Positions 52,371 through 64,000 of a stretch of 64,000 bases of DNA are shown piece after piece (position 1 is the first letter of the stretch; the number at the start of each line of letters is the position of its first letter). This DNA comes from Squalus acanthias (lineage: Eukaryota). The position numbers and the translations under genes were made by a program. The stretch spans positions 91,390,001-91,454,000 of the forward strand of contig CM059432.1 of NCBI GenBank assembly GCA_030390025.1. The letters run 5' to 3'. The notes under the pieces are model-generated. The model saw only the letters and a list, made by a program, of their open reading frames with translations, did no database searches and had not been told where the DNA came from.

Positions 52371-53790
52371 TCATGGCTGATCTGCGACCTAACTCCATAT
52401 ACCTGTCTTTGCCCCATAGCCCTTAATACGTCTGACTAACAAAAAGCTATCAATCTCAAATTTAAAATTAACAACTGACCTAGCATCAATTGCCGTTTGC
52501 GGAAGAGAGTTCCAAACTTCTACCACCCTTTGTGTGTAGAAGTGTTTCCCAATTTCACTCCTGAAAGTCTGGCTCTAATTTTTAGACTATGCCCCCTAGT
52601 CCTAGACTCACCAACCAGCAGAAATAGTTTCTCTCTATCTACGCTATCTGTTCCCCTTAATATCTTGAAAACTTCGATCAAATCACCCCTTAACCTTCTA
52701 AATTCCAGGGAATACAACCCTAATTTGTGTAATCTCTCCTCGTAACTTAACCCTTGGAGTCCTGGTAAACCTACACTGCACTCCCTCCAAGGCCAATATA
52801 TCCTTCCTAAGGTGTGGTGCCCAGAACTGCTCACAGTACTCCAGGTGTGGTCTAACCAGGGCTCTGTGTAGCTGTAGCATAACTTCTACCCCCTTGTATT
52901 CTAGTCCTCTAGATATAAAGACCAGCAATCCATTAGCCTTTTTGATTATTTTCTGTTAATGTCATTTTAATGATCGATGTACCTGGACCCCCTTGTCTCT
53001 TTGGGCGTCCACTGTTTTTAGCTTTTCACCATTTAGAAAGTACCCTGTTCTATCCTTTTTAAGTCCAAAGTCGATGACCTTACATTTGCCTACATTGAAA
53101 TCCATTTGCAACAGTTTTGCCCATTCACTTAATCTATCAATATACTCTTTGTAATTTTATGCTTTCATCTACACTGCCTACAATGCCACCTATCTTGTGT
53201 CATCAGCAAACTTGGATATGTGGCTTTCTATCCAATCATCTAAGTCATTAATAGATATGATGAATAGTTGAGGCCCCAGCACAGATCCCTGTGGGACACC
53301 ACACTCGTCACATCCTGCCAATTAGAGTACCTACCCATTATCCCTACTCTCTGTCTCCTGCCACTCAGCCAATTTCCTAACCATATCAATAATTTGCCTT
53401 CAATTCCATGGGTTTCAACCTTTAGTAATAGTCTCCTATGAGGGACTTTATCAAATGCCTTCTGGAGGTCCATATAAATAACATCCATAGACATTCCCCT
53501 GTCCACTACTTTAGTCACCTCTTCAAAAAATTCAATCAGGTTCATCAAGCATGACCTACCTTTCACAAATCCATGCTAGCTCTCTCTGATCAGCTGAAAA
53601 TTTTCAAGGTGTTCAGTCACCCTATCCTTGATTATAGACTCTGGTAATTTTCCGACAACAGACGTTAGGCTAACTGGTCTATAATTCCCTGGTTACCCCT
53701 CTCACCATTCTTAAATAGCTGAGTGACATGCTCAAATTTTCAATCTAAAGGAACGGTTCCTGAATCGAGAGAACTTTGGAAGATTATAGA
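52371..53790 (-). mobile_element. CR1 RT fragment inserted in the H4 transposase
   Basis: KGRSCLMNLIEFFEEV and RPHLEYC. Confidence 0.88.
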
Positions 53791-55025
53791 ATATATATGG
53801 TGGCTGGAAGATTGCTGGCACACCAGACTGGCACAGGATGACGCCTGACTGCTGCCAGGATATCGGGCATTCACCATCATGATGTACTGGGCGTGGTCGC
53901 TAACCAACTGCACATTACGTGAGTGGTACCCTTTGCGGTTACGGTACATCTCACCATTGATATGCAGCGCTCGCAAAGACACGTGTGTGCAGTCAATGGC
54001 GCCCTCCAGCACGGGGAGGTCCGATATCCTGGCAAAGGCACGTGCGCGCTCCTCCTGCTTCTCTCTGCTTAGAGAGAAGACAACAAAGTCCCTTCTGCTA
54101 GAATACAGAGGCTCTGTGACTTCCCAGCTTCGCGCCATCGTCACCCTGCTCTGAAGCTGCAGGTCTGGCTCCAAGAGGTGGCAGATTTCTGTAACCACCT
54201 ACTGGGTGAAGCGGAGCCGCCAAACACACTGCTCTTGGCTTAGCTGCAGGTAGGAGAAGTGCTCCCTGAAGACCCTAGGTGGGTAAGGCCTTCTGCTGAG
54301 AGCCCTCCTCCCCCTCCAAGCAACTTGTCTTCTTTGCTGCCTCTGCTCCATCTCCATGCCATGCTGCAGCGCGAGGGGGACTGCAACTAAAGCCCCTATA
54401 ACTGGGAGCAAGTGGTGTATTCAGAGGCCTTCCAGTAGCTGCCAACACCTTCCCAACCTCCAACAGCGCTCCCTGCACAATTTAACAGCTTTATAAATGT
54501 ATTCCAGCAATTCAGTATTCATACAAAGAGCCAGTACAAGAGCAATACTGCAAGTTGTATGCTTCCCTTTAAATAGCACTGGTGGAGGGGGGGTCCCTCG
54601 TGCAGCTGAACGCATGTCCAAAATGACAGATCGTGCGTCAAATCAGCACTGCACGCTGACTGCCGTCACAATCTGCCTACTCTCATACAGCCAGCGCACG
54701 CACATCCTGTTCATGCTATCACCCTCACCAAGATGGTGAACAGCGGTGGAAGCGAGGCGGACGCCTTTTTTCCCCCCGCCTTAACTACTGGCGCTAAGGT
54801 GCCGAATTTCGCAGCCATTATGTAAGTTCTGAGCTGCCTCCTTTCTTTCCACTGCCCCTCAGTTTGGTATCAGCAAATTTGATGCATTTGCATTTCTGAA
54901 TCACAGTCATTGATATAAATGAGAAACAATAATCCCTTGGGAGCATCCCACTCAGTACTTCCTCCAATCCTAACATAACTGCTCTAACAAATAGCTGTTG
55001 CTTCCGTCAAAGCAGCTATTTCATT

Positions 55026-55794
55026 GGCCCAGAATTTGTGGTGGGTAATAACACCGAACAAACAGCGTTCGCTGTTATTATCCCTTTGAAACTGACTGCA
55101 ACTTCAGGATTTAGCGCATGTGCATCCTAACGCGGAAATCCTGAAGTTCCAGTCAGTCATTCGCTGTTCCGACACTGGCTGTGCTGTGGCCTCCCACCCC
55201 TCGGTCACAATCAGTGGAATCAGGGAAATCAGTGAAACTGACAAAAACTTGGGCTTTTCTTCGATATCACTGTTAAATACCCTATTAAAAGTTGGACCTT
55301 GTTGGATTAGGTGTAACTGGGGTTTTAACAGTGCACTGACTGCTAAACAAACGTTATGGTCCTGAAAAACTAATAGTTTTGTGGAGTGTCAAATTTCTCC
55401 ATTTTAATAAAAATTGCAATTAAGAAGCTTTAAAAAAAAGTATATTTTTTTAAAAGTTTGTTCATATTTATTTCAGATTTACCTTTCCCCCATGTGAGAA
55501 TCCCAATCTTTGTTTTGCTCTCTATAACATTGTTAAAAAGTTAGAATAAAAAGGAGTTTATTCACTAACTGGTCCCCAGTCTATGAGAATTCTGCATTGT
55601 GATTGGCTGCTTCGACAGCTTGTAGCCATCACAGCAGCTCGCACTAGGAATTCCCTGTTAACTTACACTAATCTCAACAGAACGTCGGAAAAGCCCAACT
55701 TCTCGTCACAGAGATCGTGAGATCTTTGTGGGAAGCTTACTTCGGGGCCAGCGGCAAACGCCTTTGATTCACCGCTGACTGCAAATTTTGGGCC
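55026..55794. mobile_element. Harbinger-type MITE
   Basis: TIR GGCCCAGAATTTG / CAAATTTTGGGCC and 3-bp TSD ATT. Confidence 0.8.
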
Positions 55795-56941
55795 ATTATC
55801 TATTCTCAAGATTTACCCTGGATCTCCAGAGCTTTAAACTTGACTAGCATTCTTTTGTATGGAACTTTATCAAGTATGTTTTACACAGTCCATTTAGATT
55901 GTCACTTCCTCAAAGAAACTGAGGAGTTTGTCAAGGCAGGAACTTCCCCTTTTGAAGCCAAGCAGATGGGGCCCAGGTTTAATGTCTCATCCAAAAGATG
56001 GTACCTTCAACAGTGCAGCAATCCCCGAGTAATGCACCGAGATGTCAGCCTAGATTATGTGCTCAATTCCCCAGTTGTTCAAGGGGAAGTGGATAAAACT
56101 GTTGATGGATGAAATTATCAATTATAACTAGCACAAATAGCTTAAGGCTCCCAAGATTAGTGCTTCTACAGCCTTAATCCTGAGATCTGCTTAATATTTA
56201 AGTTGATGGGGAAGATTTTCCTCTTACTGGGTTTGAACATAAAGTATGACCTGGGCACAATGCACAGAGCAAATTAGGATGAGGATGATTGCATGCACAT
56301 TATACAGCCAACTTGGTCTGCTGTCCATTACAGGCATGCACTGTATGCCCAGTGGATGCTTTACACCAAGCACAATAAGAGGAAAATGTGCCCCATTACC
56401 TACGCAAAAACATATTTGGGATTTTTTTTTTGAGGGGGGAGATGGGCTAGAAGATTCATGCATCATTTTCATGATGACAACATTACTCAAAAGTGATATC
56501 ATATACCTTGGTGCATTTTTGGGATAATTTTTGACCTTTTGCTTACTTTTAGGGATAATTTTCTAACTATTTCACCTGGGGCGGAACCCTGCCAGCAGCT
56601 TGAAATTGGAAAATGACCTTTTATGTCATTATATTGGGCTAATTACATGCTCTTGTTCTTTGAGCGGGGAACAACACTGACAGGAAGTGCATTGCGGGAA
56701 ATCTCGGGCACACAGATGGCAAAACAGGGTCTGTTCACCTATGATTTTCCACGATTGGCTCCCTGCAAATACTGCTACCCACTTGGAATGTAGAATTGTA
56801 CCCACTGAGTTTGTGAACAATCTGCCAAAAATTTTCATAAAGTCCGTGCTCCTTTAAACACTACGGCTGGAGACAATTCCCTCCATATCGTATCACTTCA
56901 GACAATTAATTTATTATTACAAGCTTAATCCTGTATCATAC

Positions 56942-57103
56942 CTTCCTCAGTTGATCTTCTACTCCAGGTACAAGCATAATACCAGCAACAGATGTACCAA
57001 TCAATAAAATAGTTGCATACACCAATCGTGTTACTATGGAAGTTCTCCCAGTTGGACAACACGAGCACACCAGACATGGAGCACTACTGCACAAACATGG
57101 GAT
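56942..57103 (-). CDS. SERINC: Serine incorporator (SERINC1/2/3 clade) coding exon, equivalent to exon 2
   Basis: 162-nt exon between tttacAG and GTatga encodes [54 protein letters not shown], the Cys-rich SERINC N-terminus plus TM1. Paralog not resolved (looks SERINC3/1-like). Confidence 0.95.
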
Positions 57104-57459
57104 CTGTAAACAGAGAGAGTGAGTGATTTTAAACATAGCATAAATTAGCTCTGCATCCGAGATATATAGCAGCAGCTGCACTCGTGTTCCCCAACACCTT
57201 CTGCTGCCACTAGACCGTGCTGAGGTCAGGCCTCCACTGGGGTACCTCAGGCCATTTAAAGGCCATGGGCAGGGGCAGCCCCCTTCAGTTGCACTACTCC
57301 TGTCCAGCGGGGGTGGAGGGTAGGACAGGAAATTTTTCCTATGATCATATTGGAGTTGACCTTAAGGTGGCTAAATCGTTGCAAGCTCTTTGGTTTGTTA
57401 TGGTCTTGAAGGGTTACTTGCAGGCTGGAAATTATAACAATGACAACAACTTGCATGTT

Positions 57460-58815
57460 CATACACCCCTGTTCAAAAAAGGGGACAGCGATAAACCCAG
57501 CAATTACAGGCCAGTCAGACTAATGTCGGTGGGGCAACTTCTGGAGACAGTAATCTGGGATGAAATTAATTGGCACTTGGAAAAGTATGGGCTAATAAAT
57601 GAAAGTCAACATGGATTTGTTAAAGGCAAATCGTGTTTGACTAACTTGATCAAGTTCTTTGATGAAGTAACGGAGAGGGTTGATGAGGGTAGTACGGTTA
57701 ATGCGTATATGGACTTTCAAAAGGCGTTTGAGAAAGTACCACATAATAGACTTGTAAGCAAAATTGAAGCCCATGGGATTAAAGGGACAGTGGCAGTGTG
57801 GGTATGAAATTGGCTAAGCAACAGACAGCAGATTTAGTGGTGAACGGCTGTTTTTCAGACTGGAGGGAAATATACAGTGGTCGGTATTAGGACCACTTTC
57901 CCTTTTGATATACATTAATGACTTGGGTATACAGTGCATAATTTCAAAGTTTTCAGATGATACAAACACTCGGAAATGAAGTAAACAATGAGGAAGATGA
58001 TGATACATTTTGGTAGGAAGAGTGAAGAGAGCCAATATAAACAAACGTTAACTCTGTTTCTCTCTCCACAGATGCTACCTGACCTGCTGAGTATTTCCAG
58101 CATTTTCTGCTTTTATTTCAGATTTCCAGCATCCGCAGTATTTTGCTTCTGTATAAACTATATGGTACAATTCTAAAGGGGGTGCAGAAACAGAGAGACC
58201 TGGGGGTGTACGAACACAAATCTTTGAAGGTGGCAGGACAAGTTGAGAAGGCTGTTAAAAAAAAGAGATCCTTGGCTTTATTAATAGAGGCACAGAGTAC
58301 AAAAGCAAGAAAGTTATGCTAAACCTTTATAAAACACTGGTTAGGGCTCAGCTGAAGTATTGTGATAAGGGACTTCAGTTATGTGGAGACTGGAGAAGCT
58401 AGGGTTGTTCTCCTTGGAGTAGAGAAGGTTAAGAAGAGATTTGATAGAGGTGTTCAAAATCATGAACTGTTTTGATAGAGTAAATAAAGAGAAACCGTTG
58501 CCAGTGGCAGAAGGGTTGGTAGCCAGAGGACATAGATTTAACGCTATAGGCAAAAGAACCAGAGGCGACATGAGGACTTTTTTTTTAATGCAGCAAGTGG
58601 ATGTGATCTGGAATGTACTGCCTGAAAGGGTGGTGGAAGCAGATTCAATAATAACATTCAAAAGGGAATTAGATCATTTATACTTGAAAGAGAAAAAAAT
58701 TGCAGGGCTTTGGGGAAAAAGAGCTGAGGAGTGGAATTAATTGAATAGCTCTTTCAGAGAGCCATCACAGGCACGATGGGCTGAATGGCCTCCTTCTGTG
58801 CTGTATCATTCTATA
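57460..58815 (+). mobile_element. Decayed CR1 RT/3' region
   Basis: NYRPV, SQHGFVKGKSCLTNL, DFQKAF. Confidence 0.85.
58043..58151 (+). mobile_element. Truncated Penelope-like repeat nested in the CR1
   Basis: Same family as 36611; 7-bp direct repeat TATAAAC on both sides. Confidence 0.7.
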
Positions 58816-59715
58816 TACGAGAAGCTCATGTCAATGGTTGAAGCAACAGCAAGATATTCCACAAGTATAGTAAAATTAAGCCAGGCATTTATATCCTTGC
58901 CTGGATTTGAACCCAGTACTAAAGTTGCAAGGACATTATGGTTGATTACATGAGCCAGCACTGCTAGCAGGGAATGGCATTCACAGCAAGCACTTCTTGA
59001 GAAATGCAATACGCTTGAAGAATTAAGATTATTTTGTTGGAGAAAATGCAGGCTTAGAGAGGGTATGACTTAAGCTTTTAAATAACAAGGGAATTGGAAG
59101 CAGTGCAGTTAGATTTGAAATGGATATGGGTGATAGGACTAGATGTTATTCCTATAACATCTATAGGAAAAGATTTATATTAGATGACAGAAGAGGGTAC
59201 AAAGGAGGGCAACCAGGATAATACCAAAGGGGTCATTTTCCAACTTTGCATTGCGAGCAGAAAGTCCCACCTGCTGGGAGTACATAGTCAGAAATTCAGA
59301 GGGGTGCTGCGCAAAATTTTCCAAGCATTAATGGCAGGTGGGGCTTCCCGCTGGAAGCATTTTGAAGAAATGTAAGCTTAGAGGGGATATGATTGAAATC
59401 TTTAAAATGATGATGGAATTACAGACAGTCAGGTTAGAAAGTTTATTTGAAATAGATAGGAATATCCTCTAGTCCTACCACCCTGTCAAATCTATAGGCA
59501 AAGAGTTAGGATAGATGCCAGGATGTATTTTTGTTAGAGTCATTGCCTTCTAGAACAAATTGCTGAGATATGGTAAATGCGGAGTTGTTACAATCCTTTA
59601 GTCAATTTAAAGGGAACTTGACAAGTTCTTGAGAGAAGAAGACTATTCCAGTTATAGAAGGTAAGTTGCCAGTTAGTTGTGATTGTAATGAGTCATGGGC
59701 AATTTTTTTTGTTCT

Positions 59716-60699
59716 ATTTTTATTCGTTCCTGGGAAGTGGGCGTCGCTGGCAAGGCCAACATTTATTGCCCATCCCAAACTGCCCTGGAGAAGGTGGTGG
59801 TGAGCCGCCTTCGTGAACCGCTGCAGTCCGTGTGGTGAAGGTACTCCCACAGTGCTGTCAGGGAGGGAGTTCCAGGATTTTGACCCAGCAACAATGAAGG
59901 ATCGGCGATATATATCGAAGTCAGGATGGTGGATGACGTGGAGGGGAACTCGGAGGTGATGATACTCCCATGCGCCTGCTGTCCTTGTCCTTCTAGTTGG
60001 TAGAGGTCGCGGGTTTGGGAGGTGCTGTCGAAGAAGCCTTGGCGAGTTGCTGCAGTGCATCTTGTAGATGGTACACACTGCAGCCACGGTGCGCCGGTGG
60101 TAGAGGGAGTGACTGTTTAAGGTGGTGGATGGGGTGCCAATCAAGCGGGCTGCTTTGTTATAGATGGTATTGAGCTTCTTGAGTGTTGTTGGAGCTGCAC
60201 TCATCCAGGCAAGTGGAGAGTATTCCATCACACTCTTGACTTGTAGATGGTGGAAAGGCTTTGGAGAGTCAGGAGGTGAGATACTCCTCACAGAATACCT
60301 AGCCTCTGACCTGCTCTTGTAGCCACAGTATTTATGTGGTTTGTCCAGTTAAGTTTTTGGTCAATGGTGACCCCTCAGGATGTTGATGGTGGGGGGATAT
60401 GGCGATGGTAATGCCGTTGAACATCAAAGGGAGGTGGTTAGACGCTCTCTTGTTGGAGACAGTCATTGCCTGGCACTTGTGTGGCATGAATGTTACTTTC
60501 CACTTATCAGCCCAAGTCTGAATGTCGTCCAGGTCTTGTTGCATGCGGGCACAGACTGCTTCATTATCTGAGGAGTTGCAAATGAAATTGAACTCTGTGC
60601 AATCATCAGCGAACATCCCCATTTCTGACCTTATAATGGTAATAAGGTCATTGATGAAGCAGCTGAAGATGGTTGGACCTAGGGCACTTCCCTGAGGAG
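59716..60699 (-). mobile_element. 5'-truncated copy of the tRNA-headed LINE family
   Basis: FADD, MEYSPLAWMSAAPTTLKK and the matching 3' tail. Confidence 0.88.
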
Positions 60700-60959
60700 T
60701 AGAGCAACATTAGTGACACACTCACACCAAGTGGAACCAAACGCTAACAAGACACAGATCACATTTAGGGAAATAAAATTTGGTAGAGCTTCAGTTGTAG
60801 TTTTCAGAGACTGTTTTTATGGTATTGGATTCTGTATATTCAGGTGACAGAAATGATATGCTTGGCAGCTTTGTAGATATTGGTAAAAATGTAGACAAGT
60901 GCACATTTATTGACAGCATGGTAAAGGTGCTGGGCTGTTCGTCACTTATCTGGATGCTG

Positions 60960-62040
60960 CATCCTTCAATTTTTTCCCCTGGATCTCTCCCTATCCCCGT
61001 CCAGTTCATCTGCTCATTCAGACCCATTTGCACTAAACTCCGAACCACTCAACTTCTCTTACTGGCCCCCATACCAGCCAATATTGTATATAGTTCTCTC
61101 GCCTCAGGAACTGTCCCCCTCCCTTTCAAAATCACTAGCAACAACCCCCTTCTCAAAGAAACCATCCTCCACCCCTCTAGCTTTGCAAACTACCACCTCA
61201 TCTCTAAACTTCCTTTCCTCTTTAAGATCCTTGAATGTGTTGTCACCTCCCAGATTTGTGCCCACATCTACCGCAACTCGCTGCTTTAATCCCTCCAATT
61301 ACATTTCCACCCCTCTCACAGCACTGAAATGGCCCTAAACCAAAGTCACAGATTCCATTCTTTGTGTATCATCCCTTTTTTGTCTTCCCTGCAGCCTTTG
61401 ATACAGTCAATCACATGATCCTTCTCCAATGTCTCTCATCTGTTGTTCAGCTCAACTCAACTTCCCTTGCTTGGTTCCACTCTTACCTATCTGATCATAG
61501 CCAAAGCATCTCTTCACCCACCTCCACTCTGTCATCTGCAGACTTGATTACTCTCCTGACTGAACCTCTCCCCTCTGTCCTTCATAAAGCTCAGCTCATC
61601 CAAAACTCTGCTGCCTATTTTCTATCCTGTCAGTCTGTTCCTCAGACACCTACATTGACTCCCAGTCCCTAAATGCCACAAATTTAACATTTTCATCCTT
61701 GTATTTAAATCTATCCATGGACTCAGCCCTCTCTATCTCTGTAACTTCCTCCAGTGTACATCCACCCCCTGCCCCACCACTGCCGAGTTTATAATCCTCT
61801 GACTTTGTATGCATTTTGCATCTATGCCTTCACCCATCTAGACCCCATGCTCCGGAAACCCCTCCACATCCCTCTCCACCATTAAGGCTTTCATTAAAGT
61901 CAACCTCTTTGGCCAAGCTTTTGTTACCTCTGCTAATATCTTCGTCATTGATTGGCATCACATTTTCCTTTGCACGTGAAGGTCCTTGGAATGTTTTTCT
62001 ACATCAACAGGCATATTATAAATGCAAGTTGTTACTAATG
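60960..62040 (+). mobile_element. Highly decayed L2
   Basis: ISKLPFLFKILE, AAFDTVNH, LIQNSAA and an L2-type tail. Confidence 0.7.
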
Positions 62041-62827
62041 TTGCCACTTCTTAATCCTCCACTTTTTCAGCCTTGCAAAGGCTTCTGGTAGAATGAGATG
62101 CTTTTAAAACTCACCAATAAGCTTCAATTTTTGTCCCCCCATTGTGACATTCCCTTTAAATTGTCTCATCCCTTTAAGTTTCACCTATGTGCAATTTTCC
62201 TTTCTCTCGACCTGTCTGTGTTTACACCTGGAGTTGTGAATAATTATTCAAATTATACAGAGAATTGAGTGCTATTTGTACTTGACCTTTCAGGTGGGAT
62301 TAGCATCTTTTAACCCAGTTAACACAGACAGACCTGCAGATGAAAACCCATTCCATTGATTCCAACATTGGGTGCAAATCATAGAAGCAGAGAAGAAAAA
62401 TGAAAAAAAAACTCAATGACATTCAAGTTCAATATGTTTACTTGTTCCTCTCCTGTTCAATATTTGCCTCAGTAAGGGGTCGATTTTTACTGCCTTCACC
62501 TGGCATTAACGGGCAGTAATGGCCTGATTCTCGCCTTCATTTTCAAAGGGGCCTACCACCGGGTGTCGACAGCACTCACCTGTTTCTGATGCTAGGCCCC
62601 TTTTAATATGGAAATCGGGGTCCTATGATGTAAATAGGACCATGACTGCCATTTTAGGTGCGATTTCCATGGGCGAGGGAAATGAAGAAGCCCACCAAAG
62701 GTATGTGTCAAATTATTTTTGTAATAATAGGGGCTGCCCCGGGACTCCACTCTCTGTAATCGAGACCACCCACCCCCCCCGCCGCTGCCCCAGAACTTAC
62801 CTTACTGGCACCGGCCACAGCCTGGTC

Positions 62828-63295
62828 AGAGTCATAGAGTCATAGAGGCACAAAAGGAGTCCATTCGGCCCATCGAGTCTGTGCCGGCTCTCTGTGGAGC
62901 GATCCAGTCAGTCCCATTCCCCCACTCTATCCCCGTAGCCCTGCAAGTTTATTTCCCTCAAGTGCCTATCCAGTCTCCCCTTGAAAACATTGAGTGTCTC
63001 CGCTTCCACCACTTCCGTCGGCAGTGAGTTCCAGGTCCTCACCACTCGCTGCGTAAAAATGTTTTCCTCACATCCGACCTATATCTCTTGCCCAAAACCT
63101 TGAATCTGTGTCCCCTAGTCCTTGTACCATCATCTAGTGGGAACAGCCTTTCCCCGTCTAGCCTATCCAAACCCGTCATAATCTTGTACACCTCTATCAA
63201 ACCACCCCTCAACCTCCTTTGCTCTAATGAAAACAAATCCAGCTTCTCCAACCTGTCCTTGTAGCTAAGATCCCCCATCCCCAGAACCATTCTGG
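62828..63295 (-). mobile_element. CR1 3' fragment
   Basis: RLEKLDLFSLEQRRLRG, TRGHRFKV and an agtcatag tail. Confidence 0.85.
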
Positions 63296-64000
63296 TCTTG
63301 AGGCTTTAATCTGGCGAGCTACATTGGGACGCCTGTTTAGCGCTCCGCAGCTTGCCTGTCAAATTGAAATGGAGCCGGGGCCTCAAAGCCACCAAAATGG
63401 GTGGGCAATTAGTGTACTTCACCAATCAGTCACCCAAAATTCAAAAATGACCCTCAAGTGTTTACTAGCTTATGCTTTCACAGTGAGTCTCTGGGAACAC
63501 TACTGGGATGTAGAATTATCCCAAACTCCCTTGACATTAGAAATCAGTTTATTTTCACTGGAAACCATGAAGATTTGAGCAGGCTTCCACCAGGTAGGTT
63601 CCCAAACACTCAGTGTGACGGCAGGAGCCAGCAAACACCAAGGCACAGTAAGGAGGGCAGATCAAGGAGGATAACATGAAGGACACTGGGTAGAAACAAT
63701 GGTGTGAGGGGGAATGGGTAGAAACAATGGTGTCAAGGGGAACGGAGAGATACAGATAAAAACAAGAGAGAAGAACAGACAGAAAATAAAACAAAGGAAA
63801 GAACTGGAAAGAGAGAAGTTGAGTAAACAGCACACTATAACCTCAAATTTAAGTAGTGCGCATAAGCAGAAGCACACCAGATAAGTATGAAGAGTTCCTT
63901 TTTGCCTTTGTACCGTTGCGCTGATCTGTACATTGGAAATATTTTTAAAATGTGGCTGTAAAATCGTTAGGACATTGCAGCAGTCGCATAAAAATTTCAT

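Larger units (their letters stand above)
43890..54816 (-). mobile_element. Decayed Harbinger (H4), inflated to 10.9 kb by three CR1 insertions
   Basis: Myb exons on + at about 44203-44400, 50596-50725 and 50869-51930. Transposase on - at 54411-53796 and 52370-52110 (GAIDCTH). Ends match H3; flanks ACT/ATT. Confidence 0.85.

Noticed and set aside
56224..56527. Hydrophobic ORFs near SERINC exon 2
   Set aside because: No recognisable homology or compatible splice sites.

Overview
Vertebrate intronic DNA, very probably from a cartilaginous fish (inferred from the CR1, L2, DeuSINE and Penelope-like repeat content); no prokaryotic genes. The only host coding sequence found is two minus-strand exons of a SERINC-family gene (56942-57103 and 40936-41126), so essentially the whole window is intron filled with nested mobile DNA. 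That includes at least six PIF/Harbinger DNA transposons. One, at 17130-21932, is young and complete, with TIRs, a 3-bp TSD, a DDE transposase and a convergent three-exon Myb/SANT gene whose first intron holds a 13x54-bp array. Also present are Harbinger-type MITEs and many CR1 and L2 LINEs. The most unusual items are: a TSD-bounded 3.2-kb APE-RT LINE that starts with a tRNA-like Pol III promoter and has no TTTT in its body, plus its short bipartite derivative; minimal hammerhead ribozymes in Penelope-like repeats; and an unclassified 1.1-kb TSD-flanked insertion.
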